Notes: generated by a model from the sequence alone, not told the origin. 64,000 nt of DNA from Candidatus Binatia bacterium (GCA_038245295.1 JBBRSP010000034.1:1-64000), one strand, 5' to 3'. Counted from the stretch's first letter, positions 9,791-19,553 are shown. Made by a program: numbers and translations.

Positions 9791-10422
9791 TTCTTCTCCG
9801 CTGCTGATTGCCAGGCCGTGCGGACGGCGTTGCTGTCGCTCACCGTTGCCAGGAGACGCAGCGTGTTTTCGAAAACCGCGTCGACGTAGGTATCGGGCGT
9901 ACCGGTGACGGCGTCACGCGGCAAGACCACTTGATAGCCGGCATTGACGGCCTCGAGGGTGAGGCCGGTGATGCCGATATTCACGGAAACGCCCGTGGCG
10001 ACGACCGTGCGCACCCCGAGATTACGTAGGATCTGATCCAGCTCGGTGGCGTGGAACGGCGTCAGCCCGTGGTGGCGTGCGAGCACGTAATCGTTGGGCT
10101 GCGGACTGAGCTCGGCGACGACAGCCTGCTGTGGTGATCCCAGCACCAGAGGCGGCGACTTGCGCCCGAGCGCCAGCAAGAGGCAGTTCGCCGTCGATCC
10201 ACCCTGGTCGGTGCGCCGCGACGCGGTCAGGTAGAAGATCGGCACGGCGGCTTGTCGCGCCACTGCAATCAATTGAGCGATCTTGCCGACGATGCCGTGG
10301 CGGTTGACCGCTTCGGCAAGTGCTCCGAGATTAGCGCTCTTGCCGATGATGCCTTCCTGGCACTCCATGACCAGAAGCGCCGAGTGCGCCGGATCGAGAA
10401 CTTGTGCGAGATCCACTGCCAT
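9787..10422 (-). CDS. Cysteine hydrolase / isochorismatase family protein
   Basis: ALLVMECQ, TELDQILRNLGVRTVVATGVSVN, NAGYQVVLPRDAV; ATGA overlap with the SDR gene. Confidence 0.85.
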   Translation of the reverse strand: MAVDLAQVLDPAHSALLVMECQEGIIGKSANLGALAEAVNRHGIVGKIAQLIAVARQAAVPIFYLTASRRTDQGGSTANCLLLALGRKSPPLVLGSPQQAVVAELSPQPNDYVLARHHGLTPFHATELDQILRNLGVRTVVATGVSVNIGITGLTLEAVNAGYQVVLPRDAVTGTPDTYVDAVFENTLRLLATVSDSNAVRTAWQSAAEKK

Positions 10423-10534
10423 GGCTGCGTGCTCCGTACCCTGCCTTAATCAAACGCGCCGCGCGCATCTTCCTCGGCGCCGCGGCTTTATAATGGCGCC
10501 GCGGTGGAGGCGAAGAACCGTCATGCCCGCCTTC

Positions 10535-10855
10535 GAGACTGTCGATAAGCTCTGATGCCACCCCGTCATCCCGGCGAAAGCCGGGATCTTCTCGGCCGGA
10601 ATCGCGGAGATGCTTGCGAGAGTCCGGATTTTGAGACTGTCGATTTTATCCGATTCATCGTTTGAACCTGCGCAAACACCTCCGTCATACCGGCGAAAGC
10701 CGGTATCTCCCCAGCATTTGTGGCCTTCCACTCTAGGAGATCCCGGCTTTCGCCGGGATGACGTTGTTTCATTTCAGTTTAACAGTCTCTTTCGCCGGAA
10801 TGACGAAGGTGTTTGTAAACTTTCAAACGTGCGATCAGAGAAAATCGACACTCTC
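10535..10855. mobile_element. Nested MITE pair (outer 10535-10855, inner 10633-10789 in opposite orientation)
   Basis: TIR GAGACTGTCGAT / ATCGACACTCTC; CTTC duplicated at 10531-10534 and 10856-10859; internal GTCAT(C/A)CCGGCGAAAGCCGG palindromes. Confidence 0.85.
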
Positions 10856-10882
10856 CTTCGCGGGAATGACAGGTGTGCTGCT

Positions 10883-11953
10883 TTACCCCAAGCCGTACAG
10901 GCGTGCCGGGTTCTTGGTGAAGATCCCCTCTTTGGCGGACTTCGACAGATCGTCACGCTCGGCGATCAGTTTGACCGTGTCGGGGAAGCGGCAATCCCAA
11001 TGGCAATAGTCCGAGGCGTAAACGACAACTCCCTCGCCGCAGGCGTTGACGACGGCGGGAATCGTGCGTTCGTCCGGGTCGCAGCCGATGAAGCAACGCC
11101 CGCTCAGGATGTACTCGCTGGGCTTGCGATCGATATTCGGCGCCTGCTCAGGCGTCAGCTCCCAGTGCTCGTCGAGGCGATCGAGCCAGAAGGGCAGCCA
11201 GCCGACGTTGGCTTCGAGGAAGGCGACGCGCAGTTTCGGGTGACGCGCCAGAATACCGCCGACCGAGAAGGCCATGACGGCCATCATTTGTCCGACGGGG
11301 TGCGTGAAGGCGTGTGTTTCGAGGCGCGTCGCGAAACGATCGACACCGATCGGCACCTGATCAATCGCCTGGCCGCCGCCGTGGACACAGACGGCGACAT
11401 TCAATTCTTCCGCCGTGGCCCAGACCTTGTCTAGGCTTGGGTGATCGAGGTTCTTCTCGCGCACGTGTTGCGGCGTCACCAGGCCGATCATGCCGTGCTC
11501 CTTGACGCAGCGGCGCAGCTCGGCAACCGCCGCATCGGGATCAATGAACGGGAGCTTGGCTACGGACATCAGGCGCTTCGGGTTGTACTTCAGAAACTCG
11601 GCGCGTGCGTCGTTGAGCGTCTGGCACAAGGCGATGGCAAAATCGCGATCGAGGCCGGCCCACTCTTCGCCGGCACCACCCGGGAACATAATCGTCTGGT
11701 CGATGCCTTCGAGATCCATATCTTCGAGGCGTGACTTCGGATCAGTCATGCCGGCGCGATCCAGGCTGTTCAGCTTGGCCGTGCCTTTGGTTTCCTTGAC
11801 GCCGACTCCGGGGAGGTTGGCGAAGACTTTCTTGATACGCTCGCGACGCTGCTCCATTTGGCCATGGAAGGCCGCGGGCAAGCGTTGTTGCCAGTCCGGT
11901 AGATCGCCGCCGTGACCGTCCGCATCGATAACGTGGTAGCCGTACTTGCCCAT
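10883..11953 (-). CDS. Amidohydrolase family 2 protein
   Basis: Start ATG 11953 after GGAGG; IDADGH, VCVHGG, FLEANVGW, ASDYCHWD. Confidence 0.9.
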   Translation of the reverse strand: MGKYGYHVIDADGHGGDLPDWQQRLPAAFHGQMEQRRERIKKVFANLPGVGVKETKGTAKLNSLDRAGMTDPKSRLEDMDLEGIDQTIMFPGGAGEEWAGLDRDFAIALCQTLNDARAEFLKYNPKRLMSVAKLPFIDPDAAVAELRRCVKEHGMIGLVTPQHVREKNLDHPSLDKVWATAEELNVAVCVHGGGQAIDQVPIGVDRFATRLETHAFTHPVGQMMAVMAFSVGGILARHPKLRVAFLEANVGWLPFWLDRLDEHWELTPEQAPNIDRKPSEYILSGRCFIGCDPDERTIPAVVNACGEGVVVYASDYCHWDCRFPDTVKLIAERDDLSKSAKEGIFTKNPARLYGLG

Positions 11954-11972
11954 GTTCAGTCCTCCCTCGTGC

Positions 11973-13055
11973 TCACATCTCGAAGACGCCGCGCGCCAAG
12001 CTGCCGCTGCGCAGATCGTCAATTGCCCTGTCAAAATCACTCAATGCGTAGTGCTGCGTAATTAACTCGTCGATCTTCAGGCGGCCGTTCAAGTAGAGGT
12101 CGGCCAGCATCGGGAAGTCGACGCGTGGTCGAGCCGTGCCGTAACGACAGCCGAGAATCGATTTGTTCTGGTAGATACTGTGGACGACGAAGTCGAAGCT
12201 CGAGCCCATTTTCGGGACGCCGACGATGGTCAGTGCGCCACCCGGTCCGAGCGCCTCGAGCGCTTGTTTGATCACCGCGAGATTGCCGACTGCTTCGAAG
12301 GAGTAGTCCACTCCACCGTCGGTCAAGGCGCGCACCGCGGCCACGGCGTCTTCCTTGGAGCTGTCGATCGTGTGCGTCGCACCGAAACGCCGGGCCCACT
12401 CGAGCTTCTGTGGCATGACGTCGATGGCGATGATCTTGGAAGCACCGGCCATGACGCCGCCCTGGACGCAGTTCAGACCAATACCGCCGACTCCGAAGAC
12501 GGCCATTGTTGCGCCGGTCTCGACTTTGGCGCGGTTAATCACCGCACCGAAGCCCGTCATGATGCCGCAACCGATGAGACAGGCGCGATCGAAGGGGACC
12601 CGCGAATCAATCTGGATGGCGCCTTGCTCGCGCACGACCGTGTACTCGGAGAAGACGGAGCCATTGGCGAACTGAAATGCCGGTGTCCCATCGACGCTGA
12701 ACGGTTTCGCATCCTTCGGGCTCGGTGCGTTCTTGCACTGCGTCGGCTTGCCGACTTCACAGGCCGGGCAGCGGCCGCAGTGCGAGAGAGTCGAGACAAT
12801 GACGGTATCTCCCTCTTTCACGGCGGTGACGCCGGTGCCAATGGCATCGATCACGCCGGCGCCTTCGTGGCCGAGGACGACTGGGACAGGGTAGGGGATC
12901 GTGCCGTCGATGACACTCAGGTCGGAGTGACACAGGCCGGCGGCGCGCAGCTTGACGCGCACTTCGCCGGGGCCCGGATCTTTCAGGTCGACCTCGCGGA
13001 CTTCGACCGGCTTGCCGACGCCATAGAAGACTGCGGCTTTGGTTTTCGTCGCCAT
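11973..13055 (-). CDS. Zn-dependent alcohol dehydrogenase
   Basis: CHSD, GHEGAG, CGRCPACxxxxxxxC, GVGGIG. Confidence 0.95.
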   Translation of the reverse strand: MATKTKAAVFYGVGKPVEVREVDLKDPGPGEVRVKLRAAGLCHSDLSVIDGTIPYPVPVVLGHEGAGVIDAIGTGVTAVKEGDTVIVSTLSHCGRCPACEVGKPTQCKNAPSPKDAKPFSVDGTPAFQFANGSVFSEYTVVREQGAIQIDSRVPFDRACLIGCGIMTGFGAVINRAKVETGATMAVFGVGGIGLNCVQGGVMAGASKIIAIDVMPQKLEWARRFGATHTIDSSKEDAVAAVRALTDGGVDYSFEAVGNLAVIKQALEALGPGGALTIVGVPKMGSSFDFVVHSIYQNKSILGCRYGTARPRVDFPMLADLYLNGRLKIDELITQHYALSDFDRAIDDLRSGSLARGVFEM

Positions 13056-13083
13056 CTACTTCACGCCCTTTGTTCGTCGCATC

Positions 13084-14544
13084 TCAGGCAGTCCAGCCGA
13101 TGTATTTGAGCTCGGAGTACGTGTCGAGTGCGAAGCGACCGCCATCGCGCCCGATACCGCTCTGCTTGTATCCACCGAAGGGTGCATCGGGGCTCATGGG
13201 TGAGCCATTGATCTGGACGGTGCCGGTGCGCATGCGGCGCGCGACGCGAACACCGCGCGCCGTGTCGCGCGTCCACACATAACCGTATAAGCCGTATTCC
13301 GAATCGTTGGCCATGGTGATCGCGTCGTCTTCGCTGCGAAACGGGATGGCCGTGATGACCGGGCCAAAGATCTCTTCACGCGCGATCAGCATGTCGTTCG
13401 TCGCGTTGGTAAACAAAGTTGGCTCGATGAAGTAGCCGCGTGGCAGGTGGGCGGGCCGTTTGCCGCCGCACGCCAACGTGGCACCACCACGCAGACCTTC
13501 CGCGATGAACCCTTCGACGCGTTCGCGCTGCAGGGCCGAAACCAGAGGGCCGACGACGGTCCCCGCCTCACGCGGATCGCCCACCTTCAAGCGTGAGGCG
13601 AATTGCACCAGGCGCTGGGTGAACTCGTCATAGATCGATTCTTCCACCAGGACACGTGTGCCGGCGATGCAGATCTGGCCACTGTGGAAGGTCCATACCT
13701 GCGCCACACCGGAGACAGCTTTGTCGAGGTCGGCATCGGCGAAGACGATATTTGCCGACTTACCACCGAGCTCCATCAGCGTGCGTTTAAGACGCGTGCT
13801 GGACGCCTCCTGGATCCGTCGACCGACCGGACTGCTGCCGGTGAACGAAATCATGTCGACGTCCGGTGATAGTGTGAGGGCTTCCCCGACCTCGGGGCGC
13901 GAGCCGCAGACGAAGTTGATGGCGCCGGGTGGGAACACTTCGTTCATCACGCGGCAAAGCTCGGCGACGCCGAGCGGGTCGACCGGTGCCGGCTTTACGA
14001 CGACAGTATTGCCGCAGGCCAAGGCTGGGCCGATTTTGCCGGCGCAGTTGGTCATCGGAAAGTTGAACGGTGTGATACACGCGGCAACACCGATGGGTTC
14101 GCGGACGATGATGCCGGAAGCAATGCCGCGTGTCGGTCCCTGCATCTCGCGCGGCATTACCGGGTCGTCCTGCAGCTCACCAGCGAGCTCGGCATACTTG
14201 ATGAGACGCGTTGCCACCGCACCAACCTGTTGCGAGACGGCGACGCCGCGCACCGCGCCGGTCTCGGCGATCGTCATATCGACGAAAGTGTCGGCTGCTT
14301 TCTGAAAACGCTCAGCCGCTTCTCGTAATAGCTTGCCGCGCTGCAGAGGTGTCAGCTTCTGCCAGTCGTTGCTGTCGAAGGTCTCGCGCGCCGCTCGGGC
14401 CGCCGCTTGGGCCTGCGCGACGGAACATTCCGGAGCAAGACCGGCCACCTCTTCGGTGGCCGGATCGATCACAGGGTAGGTGCCCTGATCGGCGGTCACC
14501 CATTGGCCGCCGATCAGCACCTTATCCATTGTCCACCGCGCCAC
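13084..14544 (-). CDS. Aldehyde dehydrogenase
   Basis: PFNFP, FTGS, MELGGKS, SGQIC, EEIFGP. Confidence 0.95.
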   Translation of the reverse strand: MARWTMDKVLIGGQWVTADQGTYPVIDPATEEVAGLAPECSVAQAQAAARAARETFDSNDWQKLTPLQRGKLLREAAERFQKAADTFVDMTIAETGAVRGVAVSQQVGAVATRLIKYAELAGELQDDPVMPREMQGPTRGIASGIIVREPIGVAACITPFNFPMTNCAGKIGPALACGNTVVVKPAPVDPLGVAELCRVMNEVFPPGAINFVCGSRPEVGEALTLSPDVDMISFTGSSPVGRRIQEASSTRLKRTLMELGGKSANIVFADADLDKAVSGVAQVWTFHSGQICIAGTRVLVEESIYDEFTQRLVQFASRLKVGDPREAGTVVGPLVSALQRERVEGFIAEGLRGGATLACGGKRPAHLPRGYFIEPTLFTNATNDMLIAREEIFGPVITAIPFRSEDDAITMANDSEYGLYGYVWTRDTARGVRVARRMRTGTVQINGSPMSPDAPFGGYKQSGIGRDGGRFALDTYSELKYIGWTA

Positions 14545-14562
14545 TCATTGCTCCGTTCGTGG

Positions 14563-15681
14563 TTAGGCCGCTTTGGCGAAGTGTTTCTCGCGCATTCGTT
14601 TGGTGCTGTGTACGGGGTCCTTGTCGAACTGCGGCAACACGTGTTTGCCGAACGTTTCGATCGAACGCAGCACATGCTTCTGATCCATGGTCAGCGTCAG
14701 CGGTGCGTAGATCAGCTGATCCACGCCGATATCTTGATACATCTTGACGACACTGGCCACCTCATCGGGAGTTCCGATCTGGCGCCCGCCGGAAACAATC
14801 GATGCTTTGAGGTCGTCGGGAGTGATCGGTGGCATTTTGACCGGCCCGGTCGCTGGTAACCCCTGAGGCCGCGGCACGGAATCGAGCCACTGAAAGAACC
14901 ACTCGGTGAAACGGTCGACCTTGGCGTTCGAATAGAGGTGGCGCGCTTCGTCGCCGTCGGGCAGGCAGAACATGTTGGTCGTCACGGCGATGTTGTCGTT
15001 GATGTAGCCGCCGATCGGGTTCTTACAGCGCTTGATGCCTTCCTTGTAGGCCCGCACCAGCGGCTCGATGTCGACCGGTCGCCCGAACGTGAAGCACAGG
15101 GCGCCGAGCCCTAGCTCGCCGCATTCGCTGAAGGTCGGCGGACTGGAGCAGGCCAGCCACATTGCCGGGTTCGGCTTGGTGTACGGCTTCGGGAGAACAT
15201 TGCGCTCGGGCATGCGGAAATATTTGCCCTCGAACGAATACGGTTCGTCACGCCACATGCGCGGGATCTGTTCGAGTGACTCGCGCCACATCGGCTTGGT
15301 CTCGGCGGCATTCGGGATGTTGAAGCCGCCCCATTCGGCCGACGAGGAGCCGCGCCCGGTGCCGAACTCGACACGTCCTTCCGAGAGGTGATCCATCGTC
15401 GCGATACGCTCGGCCACACGTGCCGGGTGATTCACGGCGGCGGTGATGTTGGTGATCGCGGTGCCGACGTGGATGCGTTTGGTGCGTGCCGCGACCCAGC
15501 TCAGGAAGACTTCCGGTGCCGGCTGATGCGAGTAGTTCTCCAGGAAGTGGTGCTCGGGCGCCCAGTTGTACTTGAACCCCGCGGCATCGACAGCTTCCGA
15601 GACTTCGAGCTCCCGCATGAAGCGGTCATGCTCCGTGTCCCAAGGTGGAACGTGCATCTGCGAGAAGATCCCGAACTCCAT
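14563..15681 (-). CDS. LLM-class flavin-dependent oxidoreductase
   Basis: MEFGIF, EHHFLENYSH, HPARVAERIATMDHLSEGRVEFGTGRG. Confidence 0.92.
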   Translation of the reverse strand: MEFGIFSQMHVPPWDTEHDRFMRELEVSEAVDAAGFKYNWAPEHHFLENYSHQPAPEVFLSWVAARTKRIHVGTAITNITAAVNHPARVAERIATMDHLSEGRVEFGTGRGSSSAEWGGFNIPNAAETKPMWRESLEQIPRMWRDEPYSFEGKYFRMPERNVLPKPYTKPNPAMWLACSSPPTFSECGELGLGALCFTFGRPVDIEPLVRAYKEGIKRCKNPIGGYINDNIAVTTNMFCLPDGDEARHLYSNAKVDRFTEWFFQWLDSVPRPQGLPATGPVKMPPITPDDLKASIVSGGRQIGTPDEVASVVKMYQDIGVDQLIYAPLTLTMDQKHVLRSIETFGKHVLPQFDKDPVHSTKRMREKHFAKAA

Positions 15682-15736
15682 GGTGGCCTCCTGAAATGTG
15701 CCCGCGGGCGGAATTGCGAATTGTGGTTACGGGTTG

Positions 15737-15768
15737 CCGAATTACCATTCGGAATTACGAATTGTCAA
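15737..15768 (-). promoter_or_regulatory. Candidate -35 box and palindromic operator between divergent LLM and TetR genes
   Basis: TTGACA on minus strand (15768-15763); palindrome CCGAAT-TACC-ATTCGG (15737-15752) over the expected -10 region. Confidence 0.5.
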
Positions 15769-15798
15769 TCCTTTTGTTGCGTGATAGTGAGCCCGGCC

Positions 15799-16455
15799 AT
15801 GCGGCGTAAGGTGCAACCCAAACACGCGGCGCGTCAGGCGCGCCACGATGTCTATCGGCAACACATCTTTGAGGCCGCCGAGACCGTGTTCGCTGAAAAG
15901 GGCTTCGACGTAGCCAAGGTTCAGGACATCGCGCAGCGAGTCGGGCTCTCGATGGGGACCATCTACGGCGTATTCCCGAGCAAGAACGACTTGCTGGTGG
16001 CGATCCTCGACGATCGCGGCGCCATCATCCTCGAGCTCGTCCGCAAGGTCGCGGGCCAGCCGGGCACGGCCCTCGAAGCGCTGCGTGCGCTGATCGAAGC
16101 CTATGTCGACTTCTTCGTGGCGCAACCGCAGTTCCTGCGCATGCATCTACGCCAAGGGTCGTCTTGGGTGTTGGGGCCGATCAACGGCGCCGATAGCCGG
16201 CAGCAGGTGTGGCAGGAGATCCATGAGTTACAAGCCGGCATCTTCCGGCGCGGCATTCGCGAAGGTGTGTTCGTCGATGAGGATCCCGACTACCTGGCGA
16301 AACTCTTCTCAGCGATGGATCAGGTCGTGCTCGCCGACTGGGTGGCGCAGGGGATGAAACTCGATCGCGACGCCCTGGTGCGACGACTCTATGAATTGGT
16401 CGAGCGGGCCTTCGGTACCGTCGGCGCGGCGCGTGCCCGAGCCCGCCGGAAGTGA
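15799..16455 (+). CDS. TetR/AcrR family transcriptional regulator
   Basis: Start moved to ATG 15799; IFEAAETVFAEKGF...DIAQRVGLSMGTIYGVFPSKNDL HTH. Confidence 0.92.
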   Translation: MRRKVQPKHAARQARHDVYRQHIFEAAETVFAEKGFDVAKVQDIAQRVGLSMGTIYGVFPSKNDLLVAILDDRGAIILELVRKVAGQPGTALEALRALIEAYVDFFVAQPQFLRMHLRQGSSWVLGPINGADSRQQVWQEIHELQAGIFRRGIREGVFVDEDPDYLAKLFSAMDQVVLADWVAQGMKLDRDALVRRLYELVERAFGTVGAARARARRK

Positions 16456-16471
16456 ACGCGCCCCTGCGGTC

Positions 16472-16676
16472 AAGGCTGTGGACAAACTGAAGTGAAGCAA
16501 CGTCATCCCGGCGAAAGAGACTGTCGAAAAACCAAAGTGGAGCAACGTCATCCCGGTGAAAACCGGGATCTCCCAGTGCTGGAAGCCTCGAAAGCTGGCG
16601 AGATACCGGCTTTCGCCGGTATGACGGAGGTGTTTGCGCCGTTTCAAACGTGCGATCAGAGAAAATCGACAGGCTC
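16472..16676. mobile_element. GAGACTGTCG-family MITE (16517-16676) inserted in a truncated copy of the same family
   Basis: GTCATCCCGGCGAAA|GAGACTGTCGAA ... ATCGACAGGCTC; body matches 10633-10789 and 22627-22927. Confidence 0.8.
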
Positions 16677-16764
16677 AGTTTCGGGAACAGATCAGTATCG
16701 ACGACAGACAATGAACGATGGGACGATGATCCTTGGCCGATGGTCAGTGCCGTCGGCCTTCGGC

Positions 16765-17685
16765 TTACTTGATGGCGAGCGGGTTGAGCGGCGAGCCAAC
16801 GCCGCCGGTGACGCGTAGCGGCGGGGCGCTGAAGAAGAACTGCCAGACGTTGTCGGCGGCACAATCCGCCGCCAGGTCTTCGAGATTGAACATCTCACCC
16901 AGCGTCAGGCCCATGTCGCGGATGCACAACATGTGGACGGGCAGGGGAGCGCTCGGATTTTCGAACGGGATGACCTCGACGGCGCAGGTGTCTGTGGCGA
17001 GCGCCGCCACCTGGTGCACGTGCAGCCATTCGACGGCGGCGGTGCCGAGTCCGGGCATGACGCGCATGTAGCCTTCGCGATTCTGATCCTTGGTGAACAC
17101 GGTGATGTGACCGGTGCGCAACAGCAGCACGTCACCCGATTCGACCTTCACACCTTGTCGCGCTTCTGCGGCATCGAGTTGCTCGGGGGTGATCACGTGC
17201 CCGCCGGGCAGGCGATCGACGCCGTTGCTGCGTGCGAGGTCGAAAAGGATACCCCGCGAGACGACACCCGCGGCAAGCTTGTCGATGGAGTTGCGGGCGG
17301 CGCCGGCGGACGTCGCCGTCGCCGCGTCGAATCCGTTGTAGAGCTTGCCGCCGTAGTAGACGTGCGCCAGGCTGTCCCATTGGGTGGCGCACTGCAACGG
17401 CATGACGACGACGTCGTCGTTGTAGTGGAAGCCTTCCGGGTCGGGGCCATACGAGCCATGCAGCGCGCTCATCAGGTGTTGTGGGTTGACTCGTCCGCCC
17501 TGGCCGATCTGCGGACCTTCGGCGCCGAAGTTCAGGCCGAGGCTGAAGACTTTACCATGGCGCACGCAAGCGGCGCCCCGCCGCACGACTTCGGGTGTGA
17601 TGAAGTTGATGGTTCCGCGTTCATCGTCGGCGCCCCAGCGTCCCCAGTTCGATACCCTCTTCGCGATGGCGCGGACTTGTTCCAT
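16765..17685 (-). CDS. Cyclase family (kynurenine formamidase-like) protein
   Basis: NWGRWGADDERGTIN, QCATQWDSLAH, GDVLLLRTG, GGVGSPLNPLAIK. Confidence 0.9.
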   Translation of the reverse strand: MEQVRAIAKRVSNWGRWGADDERGTINFITPEVVRRGAACVRHGKVFSLGLNFGAEGPQIGQGGRVNPQHLMSALHGSYGPDPEGFHYNDDVVVMPLQCATQWDSLAHVYYGGKLYNGFDAATATSAGAARNSIDKLAAGVVSRGILFDLARSNGVDRLPGGHVITPEQLDAAEARQGVKVESGDVLLLRTGHITVFTKDQNREGYMRVMPGLGTAAVEWLHVHQVAALATDTCAVEVIPFENPSAPLPVHMLCIRDMGLTLGEMFNLEDLAADCAADNVWQFFFSAPPLRVTGGVGSPLNPLAIK

Positions 17686-17712
17686 AGGAAACTACCCTGA
17701 CGTGGTTGTGGG

Positions 17713-17904
17713 TCAGCCTTGGATCGACAACGCCTGCCGCGGGCAGCGCCGCACGGCGGCTTCGACCTTCGCCCGCAGGTCTTCGCCAGGATTCTGGTTC
17801 ACCAGGGTGGCGCGATCATCCTCGCCAACCGTAAACACCTCTGGCGCCACCTTCATGCAGACGGCGTTGCCTTCACACAAATCATAGTCGATGACGATCT
17901 TCAT
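17713..17904 (-). CDS. Small single-cluster ferredoxin (FdxD-like, likely 3Fe-4S)
   Basis: 63 aa MKIVIDYDLCEGNAVC...RCPRQAL; CxxNxxC...CP; GGAG upstream. Confidence 0.92.
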   Translation of the reverse strand: MKIVIDYDLCEGNAVCMKVAPEVFTVGEDDRATLVNQNPGEDLRAKVEAAVRRCPRQALSIQG

Positions 17905-18062
17905 TTGACACTCTCCGGTGGCGCCTGTTTGCCGCGCAACCACGTCCACGTCAACCCATGCATCCAGATCGTGTGTCGATTCCGAGCGATTCCATGTGTT
18001 GTCGGACGTACCAGCGAGCCGACCTCGACTCCGGCCGTCGCTCGGCGTAAACCGTCGAGCCC

Positions 18063-19553
18063 ATGACAGACCTACGCAGCTCCGCGGATCTCGATCCTCA
18101 TACCCCGGTCCTTGTGGGCGTCGCGGCGGTGCAGCAACGATGCGACGATCCGTCCGATGGCCTCGAGCCGCTGGAGTTGATGATCGACGCCCTGTGCCGT
18201 GCGGCGGCGGACGCCGGCAGTGCCGAGCTACTGACCCAGGCCGACTCAATTCGCGTGCCGCGTGGCTTCTGGGAATACTCGGATCCCGGTCGCTTGATTG
18301 CACGACGTGTCGGCGCAAGTGCGGCGCGAACCGAGTTGATGGAAATCGGCGTCTTGCAGACGACGCTGCTGGGCGCCGCGGCGCAAGCGATCGCCGAAGG
18401 GCGCGAGCACATCGCGTTGATTGCCGGCGGCGAAGCCAAATACCGCTCGCTGCGGGCACAGATCACTGGTGTGGCGGCGCCAGTTACGAGTCAGCACGAC
18501 GAGGCTCCTGATCGCGTCTGGCAGCCGGCACGCGAGATCTGGAGTCCGCTCGAGGAAGAATACGGCCTGCTGATGCCGGTCAATCAATACAGCATCATCG
18601 AGACGGCGTTGCGTCATGCCGAAGGCGTCAGTGTCGCGCCGCATCGTGAGGACGTGGCACGATTGTGGGCCGAGTTCAGCCGCGTTGCCGCCGACAATCC
18701 CGACGCGTGGAAGCGGCGAGCTGTGACCGCCGAACAGATTCTTTCCAGCGACAACGGCAACCGGATGTTGGCCTTCCCCTATGCCAAACTCCACAACTCG
18801 CAGTGGAACGTCGATCAGGCAGCCGGACTCATTCTGTGCTCGGTGGCGGTGGCGCGCCGACATGGAATTCCCGAGGAGGGCTGGATCTTTCCGCGCTCCG
18901 TGGCCGAATCGAATCATATGCAGCCGCTGTCGCAGCGTCGCGATCTGCATCGGTCGCTTGGCTTCCGCCTTGCCGGCCAACGTGCTCTGCCTGCGGCGAG
19001 CCTAAGCATCGCGGAGATCCGTCACTACGAACTCTACAGTTGTTTCCCGGTGGCCGTGCGCGTGCAACAGCGTGAGTTGGGTGTGCCGGAAGGCAGAGCC
19101 CTTACGATGACCGGCGGGATGGCCTTTGCCGGCGGACCGCTCAACAACTTCGTCTTGCAGGCAGTGGTCCGAATGGCGCAGGTGTTGCGTGCCGATCGCG
19201 GCAGCAGCGCCCTTGTGACCGCGGTGAGTGGCATGTTGACCAAGCAAGGCGTGAGCGTGTGGTCGTCGAGCCCCCCACCGGGGAGGTTCGAGTTCGCCGA
19301 TGTCACCGATGCGGTCGCCGCGGCAGCGCCCGACATCAACGTGGTTTCCGGGTGTAGCGGTACGGCAACGATTGCCGCGTACACTGTCCTCTTCGAAGGT
19401 CCTACCGCCACACGAGCAGTCGCCATCTGCGATTTACGCGACGGTACACGCACCGTGGCCGCAAGCACGGCGAAAGAGTTGGTCGCGGCGATGATCGAAC
19501 GGGAGTACTGCGGCGCGACGATTGAGATTGGTGTGGGTTGCCCGTGGCAGTGA
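18063..19553 (+). CDS. Thiolase-like (acetyl-CoA acetyltransferase family) protein
   Basis: PVLVGV, NVDQAAG, ELYSCFP, TGGMAFAGGPLNNF. Confidence 0.85.
   Translation: MTDLRSSADLDPHTPVLVGVAAVQQRCDDPSDGLEPLELMIDALCRAAADAGSAELLTQADSIRVPRGFWEYSDPGRLIARRVGASAARTELMEIGVLQTTLLGAAAQAIAEGREHIALIAGGEAKYRSLRAQITGVAAPVTSQHDEAPDRVWQPAREIWSPLEEEYGLLMPVNQYSIIETALRHAEGVSVAPHREDVARLWAEFSRVAADNPDAWKRRAVTAEQILSSDNGNRMLAFPYAKLHNSQWNVDQAAGLILCSVAVARRHGIPEEGWIFPRSVAESNHMQPLSQRRDLHRSLGFRLAGQRALPAASLSIAEIRHYELYSCFPVAVRVQQRELGVPEGRALTMTGGMAFAGGPLNNFVLQAVVRMAQVLRADRGSSALVTAVSGMLTKQGVSVWSSSPPPGRFEFADVTDAVAAAAPDINVVSGCSGTATIAAYTVLFEGPTATRAVAICDLRDGTRTVAASTAKELVAAMIEREYCGATIEIGVGCPWQ

Noticed and set aside
10560..10870. 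Repeated palindromes as a CRISPR array
   Set aside because: Units alternate in orientation, spacing is irregular, spacers recur elsewhere and no cas genes are present; MITE structure explains them
12180..13109. Long antisense ORFs (this one, also 16933..17700, 30601..31338, 44470..45348, 45098..46357)
   Set aside because: Shadow or alternate frames of well-supported genes, as expected in GC-rich DNA
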